A stretch of DNA of 43,987 nt from an archaeon (GCA_013138805.1 WTCA01000012.1:1-43987), one strand, 5' to 3'; counted from the first letter of the stretch, positions 1 through 9,777 are shown. Numbers and translations are program-made. The notes: generated by a model from the sequence alone, not told the origin.

Positions 1-3
1 GAA

Positions 4-360
4 ATGGAATATATAGGATGCACATCAGAACTTGACGGTATCAAGGAAACGCCTTTTGAAAGGTCAATTATAGAAGCTATAAATAAATCAGAAGAAAAAG
101 TTATAGACCCCTTAACACAAGAAGCTATTATTGATGGTCATTTAGAAGAAGTTGACATGGAAGACAGGATAGCTTTCTTAGTGCCTGACAAATACAAAAC
201 AGATGAAACATTAGATGCCGGTCTTTTGGTCATGATGGCTAAAGAAGGAATATCGACTGAAAACTTAAAGCATGCAATGACATATGCAACAAAAATTAAA
301 AGACCCACTGAAATTTTTACTTTGGAGATAAACACAACTTATCTTAACTTTACCTCATGA
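4..360 (+). CDS. Hypothetical protein (118 aa, may be 5'-truncated by window edge)
   Basis: ORF with acidic, protein-like composition; no recognised motif. Confidence 0.55.
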   Translation: MEYIGCTSELDGIKETPFERSIIEAINKSEEKVIDPLTQEAIIDGHLEEVDMEDRIAFLVPDKYKTDETLDAGLLVMMAKEGISTENLKHAMTYATKIKRPTEIFTLEINTTYLNFTS

Positions 361-384
361 TTTACATATAAGGCCGGTTTTCCT

Positions 385-867
385 ATGATTGAAACAGACA
401 ATAACAAATATGAAAGGCTGGACACTGCTCTTCTCGAATTATGCAGATTAATATACCAAGAGAATGATGTTAACTGCCTTATAATAACTGACGAAAAAGG
501 TGATCCATATGAAAATCCCTTGTTCCTTTATAGGCTAGGAGAATGCGGAATCAATAAAGATACAGAATCGATAAACACTGAATTGATAAATTACGATTCA
601 AAGATGATCAAAGGCGACAAAGTGCTTGACATTTCTACAATAACACTCCCGGAAGATATATTTAATAAGCATTTAAAAAAGATGAAAACAATACCTCTAA
701 AACCACAAGACATTTCAGGACCTAAATACATATGCTCAAAAGAATTAGTAACATTGCTGGATAAATATTACACAGGATTGATTAAAAAAGAAGTTAAAAG
801 ATGGATACATGAAAATAGCATAACTCCTGATGGTGTGCATTTGAACAGGATGAATAATGCTTTTTAA
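385..867 (+). CDS. Hypothetical protein (160 aa)
   Basis: ATG ORF co-oriented with neighbours; no recognised motif. Confidence 0.6.
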   Translation: MIETDNNKYERLDTALLELCRLIYQENDVNCLIITDEKGDPYENPLFLYRLGECGINKDTESINTELINYDSKMIKGDKVLDISTITLPEDIFNKHLKKMKTIPLKPQDISGPKYICSKELVTLLDKYYTGLIKKEVKRWIHENSITPDGVHLNRMNNAF

Positions 868-914
868 AGGATTAAGGACATCATAATTTAAAATTCTTCC
901 AACAGTATATCTGC

Positions 915-1736
915 ATGAGACAACGCGCAGACGCACATATGCACTCTATACGCCTTGGTGACAAGCCTATACTCGGACATAAAGATATTGTCTCTCTCGA
1001 CATATACAGGCAATATTTCGAATCCAACAATATAGGGACAGCTTTTGTCGTATTCAACGATGAGGACAGCTTTAATGAACTGAAACAATCATGCCCTAAA
1101 ACAGACATCTACGGATTCTACTGGATACATGACAAAGACTACAGCATCCCTGACACAGCAGATGCATTGAAGTTTGAGTCATACATAGACAAGATAGACA
1201 TATCAGAAATAGGGCCTATTCTCGATTCTGATACTAAAGAACGCCCGGTTTACATACACTGCGGTGAACTTGAAAGAGGACTGTCAAACCCGTCAAAAGT
1301 GGAAAAGCTTGCACAGTTATACAGCGACCGCAGATTCATAATAGGTCATGCAGGCGCATACGCACCCCCTATAGGTGAAGCACTCAGGAATCTTAATATA
1401 CCGGAACTTGTCCAACAGGCGATAGACATCTGCATAACTAATGAAAATATATGGCTTGAAACATCTATACTGAACTATGAACCAAAACTAGAACTGATAG
1501 CAGAAAACATTGACAGCATAAAAGATAAGGTTCTTCTCGGAACTGACTTCCCCCTGACTATAGGAGATGTCCTTGAAGATAAAGTACAGGTAAAACAAAA
1601 TATACTGTCCGAACAGCCTACAATATTATCACAGGAAAAGCTTCTTGCAGACTATCTGTCAATACATAAAGACAGAAATTTTGCCAATAACATAATAGAC
1701 CAAATCTACCAGAACGCGGCAGCATTCTTCAGATAA
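915..1736 (+). CDS. Amidohydrolase-family (TIM-barrel) metal-dependent hydrolase
   Basis: DAHMH (HxH), YIHCG, IIGHAG, WLETS and LLGTDFP motifs, ending NAAAFF as in amidohydro_2 proteins. Confidence 0.8.
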   Translation: MRQRADAHMHSIRLGDKPILGHKDIVSLDIYRQYFESNNIGTAFVVFNDEDSFNELKQSCPKTDIYGFYWIHDKDYSIPDTADALKFESYIDKIDISEIGPILDSDTKERPVYIHCGELERGLSNPSKVEKLAQLYSDRRFIIGHAGAYAPPIGEALRNLNIPELVQQAIDICITNENIWLETSILNYEPKLELIAENIDSIKDKVLLGTDFPLTIGDVLEDKVQVKQNILSEQPTILSQEKLLADYLSIHKDRNFANNIIDQIYQNAAAFFR

Positions 1737-1747
1737 AGTAAAGAACC

Positions 1748-2911
1748 TCAAAGCCCTGCCTCTTTTCTCAAAACATCAGCCATATCTGTCTTCTCCCATG
1801 TAAAATCCGGATCATTCCTCCCGAAATGCCCGTAAGCAGCAGTCTTCTTATATATAGGCCTCAAAAGATCCAGACGCTCAATTATCGCTTTAGGGCGAAG
1901 ATCAAAATGCTTATTCACAAGTTCAGCAATCTTTTCCTCAGGTATCTTGTTAGTGCCGAAAGTATCCACCAGGACAGACACAGGATAGGCAACACCAATT
2001 GCATAAGCTATCTGCACCTCGCACTGATCCGAAAGTCCTGCAGCAACAATGTTTTTCGCCACATACCGTGCCATGTAAGATCCCGAACGGTCAACCTTTG
2101 ACGGATCCTTGCCGGAAAAGCATCCGCCGCCATGGCTGCCTTTGCCCCCGTAAGTATCTACAATTATCTTCCTTCCTGTAAGGCCAGTATCACCGTGAGG
2201 GCCTCCCACCACAAACCGTCCTGTCTCATTAACAAAATATTTCGTATTCTCATCAAGAAGTTCCGGCGCAATAACCTGCCTTATCACCTGCTCGATTATG
2301 TCTTTCTTTATCTGGTCATGGCCTACATCTTCATTATGCTGCGCCGCGACAACAACAGCCTCAACCCTTTTTGGAGTGTTCCCTTCATATTCAACAGTCA
2401 CCTGTGATTTACCGTCAGGCCTCAGGTAAGCAATAATCCCTTTTTTTCTCACCTCAGCAAGCCGCATCGTAATCTTATGCGCAAGAACTATAGGAAGCGG
2501 CATAAGCTCTTCTGTCTCATTTGCCGCATAGCCGAACATCAGCCCCTGATCGCCTGCACCCTGTTCATGCTCTTCACTGTCATCAACACCCATCGCGATA
2601 TCAGGCGATTGCTCCTGTATAACATTTGTCACAGCGCATGTTTCCCCGTCAAAACCTATTTTAGAGTCAGTATAGCCAATCTCCTTTACAGTATCCCTTA
2701 TTATAGCAGGAATATCAACATAAGTCGATGTAGTTATCTCACCGCCGACAATAGCCATGCCTGTAGTGACAAATGTCTCACATGCAACCCTTCCTTTCGG
2801 ATCGTCCTTCAGCACTGCGTCAAGGATTGCATCTGATATCTGGTCCGCTATCTTATCAGGATGCCCCTCGGTCACCGATTCTGAAGTAAAGAAATGTTTT
2901 CCATTAGCCAT
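1748..2911 (-). CDS. metK: S-adenosylmethionine synthetase, bacterial/eukaryotic type
   Basis: [36 protein letters not shown] and YGHFGR signatures; AGGTGA SD 5 nt before ATG at 2911. Confidence 0.97.
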   Translation of the reverse strand: MANGKHFFTSESVTEGHPDKIADQISDAILDAVLKDDPKGRVACETFVTTGMAIVGGEITTSTYVDIPAIIRDTVKEIGYTDSKIGFDGETCAVTNVIQEQSPDIAMGVDDSEEHEQGAGDQGLMFGYAANETEELMPLPIVLAHKITMRLAEVRKKGIIAYLRPDGKSQVTVEYEGNTPKRVEAVVVAAQHNEDVGHDQIKKDIIEQVIRQVIAPELLDENTKYFVNETGRFVVGGPHGDTGLTGRKIIVDTYGGKGSHGGGCFSGKDPSKVDRSGSYMARYVAKNIVAAGLSDQCEVQIAYAIGVAYPVSVLVDTFGTNKIPEEKIAELVNKHFDLRPKAIIERLDLLRPIYKKTAAYGHFGRNDPDFTWEKTDMADVLRKEAGL

Positions 2912-3014
2912 CAGTTTCACCTGACCCACCATTTGTATCTTACACTTAAAAGCATTTTCAAAAACAAAAGGGAAACCATATAAACTTCAACTCCCCAATA
3001 CATATTTGTTTTCT

Positions 3015-3359
3015 ATGGGATGGCCGGACGCACCGAAGCATGTATGCAGGATAAAGACAAAGGCAGGCCTTGTATTCTGCTGCCCGCAAAAGAAGACTTG
3101 CCCTGCAAGAGATGAATGCTTAAAAGAATTCGGCATATCTGATGAAGCCTACAGAAAGATAAAAGAATCCTTCGAGGCAGAGTTCGGTAGTGAAAAGGAC
3201 ATAGATGTCTGTTTCGGCTCTCTTGTCTGGTGCTGCAAAGCATCAAGGATGTGTGCAAGACGCGACCGTGCCCTTGAAAAGATCGGCATGACCATAAAGG
3301 AATATATGGCACTCAAAAGGAAGATGTCATTGAAATTTGAGAATCCTCAGGAGAGCTGA
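3015..3359 (+). CDS. Methanogenesis marker 9 domain-like Cys-rich protein (stand-alone)
   Basis: WxDAPxHVCR...LVFCCP..C and CFGSLVWCCK...C.RD.AL..IGM...EYM.LK match the marker-9 domain as I recall it; two internal CC-x5-C repeats; ATG at 3015. Confidence 0.8.
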   Translation: MGWPDAPKHVCRIKTKAGLVFCCPQKKTCPARDECLKEFGISDEAYRKIKESFEAEFGSEKDIDVCFGSLVWCCKASRMCARRDRALEKIGMTIKEYMALKRKMSLKFENPQES

Positions 3360-3401
3360 GTCTTTTTCTTAAATATATATACATAATCAACCACCAAAGG
3401 T

Positions 3402-3455
3402 AGTTATCGACCAATAATAGTCGATAACTTTATGTTATACGAAATGCGAGCGAGC
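3402..3455 (+). mobile_element. Integron-type recombination site (attI-like or degenerate attC) at the left end of a putative gene cassette
   Basis: Perfect 10-bp hairpin AGTTATCGAC/GTCGATAACT (3402-3429); CGATAAC, 5-nt spacer, GTTATAC core at 3434-3440; TGCGAGCGAGC (3445-3455) is inverted at 4364-4374. Confidence 0.5.
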
Positions 3456-3490
3456 TGATTGATTTATAAATAGAATCTTATAAAATAATT

Positions 3491-4351
3491 ATGAGGAAAA
3501 CTATTATGAATTCAAAAATTAAAATCTTGATTGGAGTTTTGGTTATTGGAGTTATTTTAGTCGGTGGGTGGTGGATTTGGAATGATCAAACTATCAAAAG
3601 CCCAAGAGGTATTTGCGGCCCAAAAGGAATGGGAACTAATTATGATGTATCATATTGCGATAAAACATGTAATGTAGATAATGATTGTAAGTTTACTTGT
3701 GGTTGTGGAGCTATCAATAAAAATGAAATATGCCGCGATGAAGGAATTACCTATGATTGTGTTGACCATGAAGTAAAATGTAAAGAGGGTAAATGCTTTA
3801 TTGGAAAGGAGAGATTACCAAAAGGAGTAAGCATCGCTACAGACAAAACAGAGTACGAATTTGGAGAAAAAATCACTGCCACCTTAAACTACAAGGATGA
3901 AATTTATGCATGGAGTGAATCTGCATGGTCAATACAAAGATGGGAAAATGATACCTGGACTACCATACAAAGAAAAGATGATAAATACTTCTGGTGTGCA
4001 AATATACCTGAATGTAAGGATGTGAGTTTAGAAAAGATTGAAGAGTGCCCTCCTACTGTACTCTGCGAAAGAGAAATTTGGTATAATGTTAGAGATATGC
4101 CAAAGTTGGTTTGGTACCAATTCTATAAAATTGAAGAAAAAACATTCCAATGTAAATATATTCAAAGACATCCAAGAACTAAGGAAGTGACATCTAGCGA
4201 AATAGAAAATAGGTCATGTGCTATATTTAATCAAGCACAGCCTGGGAAGTATAAAATAAGATTTGAATACGCTACTACCATTAATCCGGATGACCCCTTT
4301 AGTAGAGAAGTTGATATTCAATATGTTGAAAAGGAGATTGTAATAAAATAA
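3491..4351 (+). CDS. Membrane-anchored or secreted Cys-rich protein with probable Ig-like C-terminal domain (putative cassette gene)
   Basis: N-terminal TM helix KIKILIGVLVIGVILVGGWWIW; Cys-rich module; TDKTEYEFGEKI and PGKYKIRFEY beta-sandwich-type strings; AT-richer than the core genes. Confidence 0.75.
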   Translation: MRKTIMNSKIKILIGVLVIGVILVGGWWIWNDQTIKSPRGICGPKGMGTNYDVSYCDKTCNVDNDCKFTCGCGAINKNEICRDEGITYDCVDHEVKCKEGKCFIGKERLPKGVSIATDKTEYEFGEKITATLNYKDEIYAWSESAWSIQRWENDTWTTIQRKDDKYFWCANIPECKDVSLEKIEECPPTVLCEREIWYNVRDMPKLVWYQFYKIEEKTFQCKYIQRHPRTKEVTSSEIENRSCAIFNQAQPGKYKIRFEYATTINPDDPFSREVDIQYVEKEIVIK

Positions 4352-4406
4352 AAAATTTTGACGGCTCGCTCGCACTCAAAATCCTTTGGATTTTGCCCTT
4401 CGGGTC

Positions 4407-4492
4407 GTCTAACAGCAGTTATGAGGAAAATTCTAACGAATTTTCCCAAATTTCTGCTTCGCAAAAACTTCTCTTATCCTCATATGTTACAA
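4407..4492 (+). mobile_element. attC-like site
   Basis: GTCTAAC (R'', 4407-4413), AGCAG spacer, imperfect L''/L' arms, internal hairpin GGAAAATTC/GAATTTTCC (4425-4446), GTTACAA (R', 4486-4492); directly downstream of the 3491-4351 gene. Confidence 0.6.
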
Positions 4493-4552
4493 TCAATTCA
4501 AAAGTTAGCAAAAAATAGAAAGGTGACTTTGACTTAAAAACCATTTTAAAAT

Positions 4553-4744
4553 TTATTCTTGCTCGAGTAGCCGCTCTAATTCAGTTTCAATTATTCTATA
4601 TGCAGCTTGATTATCTATCACATCAGTAGTTCCTTTGTAAGCTGCACCTTGAAGTTCGCCTCTAAGTTGAACATATGCGTCAAAAATTTTATCATCATGC
4701 GTAAAACGTAAATAATACAAACACCAATAATTAAGCATGGACAA
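4553..4744 (-). pseudogene. Short ORF, probably a 3' gene remnant
   Basis: Protein-like C-terminal sequence but no clear start context; overlaps the start of the DUF1801 gene. Confidence 0.3.
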
Positions 4745-5063
4745 AAATGTTGAAGACTACATAGAAAAACAAAAATCACCTCAGAAAGAGATTTGCATAA
4801 GGCTAAGAAATATCATTCTAAAGACATTTCCTGACATCAAAGAAGAGATGAAGATGGGAGTCCCGTGGTATGAAGGGAAATATTACATTGTTGCGCTCAA
4901 AGACCATGTCAATCTTGGCTTTTCATTAAAAGGCCTGTCAAAGAAAGAACAAGATCTTTTTGAAGGTGCCGGGAAAACAATGAAACATATCAAAGCCTAT
5001 TCCATAAAAGAAATTGATGATGAAAAAATCATCAAACTTCTGAAAATAGTAAAAAACATTTAA
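4737..5063 (+). CDS. DUF1801 (YdhG-like) domain protein
   Basis: V.DYI.....Q.EIC..LR.II....P.IKE.MK.GVPWY...HVNLGF..G....LFEG.GK.MKHIK pattern. Confidence 0.85.
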   Translation: MDKNVEDYIEKQKSPQKEICIRLRNIILKTFPDIKEEMKMGVPWYEGKYYIVALKDHVNLGFSLKGLSKKEQDLFEGAGKTMKHIKAYSIKEIDDEKIIKLLKIVKNI

Positions 5064-5291
5064 ACCCTTAAATCTATATTAAACATTATAGAATACGGAT
5101 ATGTAGAAATCTACATAAATCCTGAAAAACTGAAAGCAAAACTGAAAAAGTAATCCAGGCCCAATAACCTTTAACCTGCCAAAAAACTGAAACATTAACA
5201 AAAATCGGCTGCTGCCCCCACCCTATATAAATAGCCATATCACCAATTCCAAGAAAAACATTAATATACCCCCTGCCAACAATATTACAAT

Positions 5292-6578
5292 ATGGATACG
5301 ACAAACAGCCTGTTCATGGTAGGTCTTATAATAATACTCGGCCTTCTCGCGCAATACAACTTCAAAAAGACAAAGATCCCTGATGCTCTCATACTGATAA
5401 CAACAGGAGCTATCCTTTCATATTTCGGCTTAACAAAAAGTATAGACACAGCAAGTCCTGAACTGACATTCTTAATAACATTCAGCCTGATATTCGTCGT
5501 ATTTTATGGCGCAATCCCTATAAAGCTAAGAGCAATCCTGTCAACAATGAACTACGCCTTCATCTCATCAGTCCTGAACTTCATAGCGATAACCGTAACC
5601 ATCGGAATCATATCTCATTACCTTTTAGGATTCACATGGATAATCGCACTGTCGCTTGGCGCCCTTTTCTGCGTGCTTGACGGCTCTATCATAAACAGCA
5701 TACTGGAAACTATCAAGCTCCACCCGAAAGCAGAAGCAGAGATACAGACAGAAAGCGCAATAATAGACATACTCGTAATCGTCGGCGTCCTGTCAATCAT
5801 AAACTTTTCGGCAATGACCATGACTGAAATAACGCAGAGCCTCACAAGCTACATCTTCCTGAGCCTGGGCATAGGTCTGGTAAGTGCCATGCTATGGGCA
5901 TTCGTACTGAAACACATGGGCCACTACAGCAGCGCACCTATAGCTACTATGGGTCTACTCGTAACGCTTTACGCATTCGCCGAATATGTGATGGCAAACG
6001 GTGTGATAACAATATTTTTCTTTTCGATAATGCTTGGCAATGTCGCAATCTGGAGCAAACTGCTCTACAAGGAACAGAAAGAAAGCGTGGGTCTGCTGGA
6101 GCTTGAGACAAAACACTTTTTCAAAGACATAAGCTTCCTCATCAGGACATTCCTCTTTGTCTACCTCGGCATTCTCGTCGACTTCAGCCAGTGGATATAT
6201 CTCATATACGGCCTTGTATTCTTCTTTATCGCATACCTTGCAAGATCATCTGTAAGAAGATATATCAAGAGCGAGGAATTTAATAAGAAAGAGGTATACA
6301 TGCTTGATGCCATGTGTGCCAAAGGCCTGACCCCGACAGTGATGGTCACAGTGATAGGCGCCAACATAGCATTTGCAGAGATAGCAAATGTAGTGATGTT
6401 CACAAACATCGTTGTAGGAGGCATATTCTCAAGCATCCTGATAACATCAGTGCTCATAATGCTCATCGACAGGAACATGTTCACATCTGTGAATGAGATA
6501 ATTACCGGAGCAATAGAAAAATATAAGAAAAGACAGACGACAAAGCAGCCGGTGCAAAACGATACAATCTTACAGTAG
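5292..6578 (+). CDS. NhaP-like cation/H+ antiporter (CPA1 family)
   Basis: About 12 hydrophobic helices; KIPD.LILI, ESAIID, FLIRTFLFVYLG and KGL motifs. Confidence 0.85.
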   Translation: MDTTNSLFMVGLIIILGLLAQYNFKKTKIPDALILITTGAILSYFGLTKSIDTASPELTFLITFSLIFVVFYGAIPIKLRAILSTMNYAFISSVLNFIAITVTIGIISHYLLGFTWIIALSLGALFCVLDGSIINSILETIKLHPKAEAEIQTESAIIDILVIVGVLSIINFSAMTMTEITQSLTSYIFLSLGIGLVSAMLWAFVLKHMGHYSSAPIATMGLLVTLYAFAEYVMANGVITIFFFSIMLGNVAIWSKLLYKEQKESVGLLELETKHFFKDISFLIRTFLFVYLGILVDFSQWIYLIYGLVFFFIAYLARSSVRRYIKSEEFNKKEVYMLDAMCAKGLTPTVMVTVIGANIAFAEIANVVMFTNIVVGGIFSSILITSVLIMLIDRNMFTSVNEIITGAIEKYKKRQTTKQPVQNDTILQ

Positions 6579-6635
6579 ATTCTTATTTCAAGCGAACTTT
6601 TTAAACTTTCAATACAAAAAATCAGATGATGCATC

Positions 6636-7271
6636 ATGCCAGATATAAAAAAAAGAGCAAAATCAATATTTTCTGATATATACCATAATAATATTTGGGA
6701 CAGTAATGAATCCGTATCTGGTCCTGGTTCTACCTTAGAACACACAACTGTAATTAGAAAAGAGTTGCCTATTTTAATAAAAGAGTTCAATATAAAAACA
6801 GTATTAGATATTCCTTGTGGTGATTACAATTGGATGAAAGAAATAAAATTAGATTTAAAAAAGTATATTGGATATGATATTGTTCCAGAAATAATTATAA
6901 AGAACACCAAAATATATGGCAATAAGAAGATAGAGTTTAAAGAAATAAACATGATTGATAATACTTTACCATCGGCAGATTTAATAATATGCAGAGATGG
7001 ATTAGTTCACCTTTCATTTAAAGATATAAAGTCCACAATTAAAAATTTTAAAAAAAGTAAATCAAAATATCTTCTTACAACAACATTCACAAGACAGATG
7101 AAAAATAAAGATATACTCACTGGAAGATGGAGGATTATAAATCTTCAAGAACCACCCTTCAATTTTCCAAAAGCAATAAAAACAATAAATGAAAAATATA
7201 AAGGAGACAATGGTATGTATTCTGATAGAAGTTTATGTTTATATAAAATCAAAGATATAAAAGTGGAATAA
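6636..7271 (+). CDS. Class I SAM-dependent methyltransferase
   Basis: ESVSGPGS, VLDIPCGDYNWM, YIGYDIV, DLIICRDGLVHL and W..INL...PF motifs; very AT-rich. Confidence 0.85.
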   Translation: MPDIKKRAKSIFSDIYHNNIWDSNESVSGPGSTLEHTTVIRKELPILIKEFNIKTVLDIPCGDYNWMKEIKLDLKKYIGYDIVPEIIIKNTKIYGNKKIEFKEINMIDNTLPSADLIICRDGLVHLSFKDIKSTIKNFKKSKSKYLLTTTFTRQMKNKDILTGRWRIINLQEPPFNFPKAIKTINEKYKGDNGMYSDRSLCLYKIKDIKVE

Positions 7272-7272
7272 T

Positions 7273-8934
7273 ATGCCAGATATCAATAAAAGAGCAAGAG
7301 AACTAGCGCTCCTGAACGCAGAGAGATTCGGCGGAAAAGCCAATCCTAAAGCACTTCTAGGCTCACTTCTAGCAGAATTCCCTGATTACCGGAAAAACAT
7401 ACAGGAACTCCAACAAATAATAGACGACACAGTCAAAGACATAAACAGCATGTCACAAGAAGAGCAGAAAAAAGAGATAGTATCAGGAAACATAAAACAA
7501 AAAAAGAAAAAAGAGAAAAGGACCGGCCTTCCCGAACTGAAAAACGCAGTAAAAGGCAAAGTCGTCATGAGATTTGAACCGTCACCCTCAGGCCCTCTCC
7601 ATATAGGCCATGCATTCCCGCTTATTCTAAACTCCGAATACTGCAGGATGTACGACGGAAAAATGATCTTAAGAATATCAGACACAAACGCAAAAAACAT
7701 CTACCCCTCGGCATACAAGATGATAGAAGAAGACGCAAGATGGCTTACAGGCAACAAGATAGACAGTGTCATAATCCAGTCAGACCGGATGGAGCTGTAC
7801 TATAAAACAATGGAAGAACTCATAAACAAGAACAGCGCCTATATCTGCACCTGCGACCCAAACAAATTCAAAAAGCTCATAGACAACAAAGATCCATGCC
7901 CATGCAGAAGTCTCACCTCCCAAGAAAACTTAAAACGATGGAAAAAGATGTTCAAAGAATACAAAGAAGGAGATGCAGTAGTCCGTATAAAAACAGACAT
8001 TAAACACAAGAATCCGGCAGTCCGCGACTGGCCCGCATTCAGGATAAACGAAGAGCTGCACCCAAGAACAAAAAAGAAGTACAGAGTCTGGCCATTAATG
8101 AATTTTGCCGTCGCAGTTGATGACCACGACTTAAAACTGACACATATTATCAAAGGAAAAGACCACATAACAAATACAGAGCGCCAGATGTATATGTACG
8201 ATTACTTAAAATGGAAAAAGCCGGAATTCATCCACATAGGCAGGATAAACTTCACAGGCTTCACAGTAAGCACATCAAAGACGAAAATAGCGATAGAAGA
8301 AGGCAGATACAAAGGATGGGACGATGTAAAGATACCGTTCATAAGAGCGCTTAAAAGACGTGGATTCCAGCCAAAAGCCATACAGAAGATATTCATAGAG
8401 ACAGGACCCAGCAAGACCGACAAGACTGTCGATATAAAAGAGTTCTTCAAGACAATAGAAAAATACAACAAAGATATCATAGACCCAACCTCAAGACGCC
8501 TTTTCTTTGTGGAATCACCGGCAGAGATAACCCTCGCTGACAATTCACTCAAGAACAAGACAGTCCATGTCGAAAATCACCCGGAAAAAGAGCTAGGCAC
8601 AAGACATATAACAGCCAGTGAAAAAATATACATATCAGCAGAAGATTACAATAACCTAAAAGGAAAATATGTCCGCCTTAGAAAGCTTACTGAAGGCATG
8701 CTAGAAAAAACATTTAATACTAAAAGGCAAGAAAATAAACCTGCCGTCATCCAGTGGGTGCCAAAAGACAGCCCGAAAGCGACAATCCTCATGCCTGACG
8801 GAAAAACAAAGGAAGGCCTTGCAGAAAAAGAGGCAGAAACACTAAAAGAAGGAGAAATAATCCAGTTTGAGCGTGTAGGCTTCTGCCGCCTTGACAAAAT
8901 AAAGCCTTTAACCTTCTGCTTTGCGCATAAATAA
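7273..8934 (+). CDS. gltX: Glutamyl-tRNA synthetase (archaeal type)
   Basis: RFEPSPSGPLHIGH, YICTC, YRVWP.MNF, KGKDH, STSK and QFERVGFCRLD. Confidence 0.95.
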   Translation: MPDINKRARELALLNAERFGGKANPKALLGSLLAEFPDYRKNIQELQQIIDDTVKDINSMSQEEQKKEIVSGNIKQKKKKEKRTGLPELKNAVKGKVVMRFEPSPSGPLHIGHAFPLILNSEYCRMYDGKMILRISDTNAKNIYPSAYKMIEEDARWLTGNKIDSVIIQSDRMELYYKTMEELINKNSAYICTCDPNKFKKLIDNKDPCPCRSLTSQENLKRWKKMFKEYKEGDAVVRIKTDIKHKNPAVRDWPAFRINEELHPRTKKKYRVWPLMNFAVAVDDHDLKLTHIIKGKDHITNTERQMYMYDYLKWKKPEFIHIGRINFTGFTVSTSKTKIAIEEGRYKGWDDVKIPFIRALKRRGFQPKAIQKIFIETGPSKTDKTVDIKEFFKTIEKYNKDIIDPTSRRLFFVESPAEITLADNSLKNKTVHVENHPEKELGTRHITASEKIYISAEDYNNLKGKYVRLRKLTEGMLEKTFNTKRQENKPAVIQWVPKDSPKATILMPDGKTKEGLAEKEAETLKEGEIIQFERVGFCRLDKIKPLTFCFAHK

Positions 8935-9024
8935 GTTTTTCTCACATTATTAGAATATTATAACATAACCTTATTTTCACCACACAACGATAACATTAAT
9001 AAAAGTTTCAATCAAATATTTAAT

Positions 9025-9357
9025 ATGATAAAAAAAGGAGAACTAATTCAACTGTATACTATTCTCCACCAACTGGATCATTATTTTACAAGAAAAGAGA
9101 AATATTACAGCCATGATAATCCTTTTTTTGAATATTACGAATCATTAAATATTCCTGAAATACCGGTCACTGTAAATAAAGATAAAATGGAGATAGCAAT
9201 CTTAACTTTCCTTAACGGTATGGCAACAGCTTTGGATTATGTTAAAAATAATGATCCTGAATACGGTCAAAATTGTAATATAACAGAAGAACCGAGAACA
9301 GATACAATATCTGCAAATACAGTATATAAAATATCAGAAATAATCAAGACAGCATAG
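9025..9357 (+). CDS. UPF0058 family protein
   Basis: KKGELIQLY..L, F..YESLNI and K.....AI..F pattern. Confidence 0.6.
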   Translation: MIKKGELIQLYTILHQLDHYFTRKEKYYSHDNPFFEYYESLNIPEIPVTVNKDKMEIAILTFLNGMATALDYVKNNDPEYGQNCNITEEPRTDTISANTVYKISEIIKTA

Positions 9358-9474
9358 TCAACAAAAAACAAGACCATACCAAAACCTTTTTAAGCTTTAC
9401 CCATTAACATTTTACATATCAATTACTTAGAGGCTTGTTCTCAATTAAGTAAAACAGTCATAAGGTGCGATTAT

Positions 9475-9777
9475 ATGAAAGTTCCAGAAGAAATAAAAAG
9501 GTACTGCCCATCCTGCAACAGCCATAACATGCATAAGGTAAAAAGGGTAAAGACAGCAGGCCGTGCAAAAGCAGGACTCAAAAAAAGAGACAGGCACATC
9601 AGGGAAAAACTGAACCTCGGTTACGGAGGCAGCCCAAAACCATTGCCGGCAAACAGCAACAGGTACGGCGCAAAGACAAGCCAGAAAATAATGCTTAAAT
9701 TCACATGCATGAAATGCAATAAAGCACACCAGAGCACAGCACCGAAAAGGTCAAAAAAATTCGAGGTAGTTAGATAA
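9475..9777 (+). CDS. rpl44e: 50S ribosomal protein L44e
   Basis: MKVP..IKRYCPSC..H..H and C..CNKAH Zn motifs; conserved operon context. Confidence 0.95.
   Translation: MKVPEEIKRYCPSCNSHNMHKVKRVKTAGRAKAGLKKRDRHIREKLNLGYGGSPKPLPANSNRYGAKTSQKIMLKFTCMKCNKAHQSTAPKRSKKFEVVR

Noticed and set aside
3413-3440. dif/Xer site (TTATGTTATAC resembles a XerD arm)
   Set aside because: No matching left arm at 6-bp spacing; the 5-bp-spaced inverted core fits an integron-type site better
5085-5200. AAAACTGAAA repeated three times plus an ATGTAGA/TCTACAT hairpin
   Set aside because: Reads as a coding 3' remnant (…YGYVEIYINPEKLKAKLKK*); too short and irregular for a CRISPR or attC call
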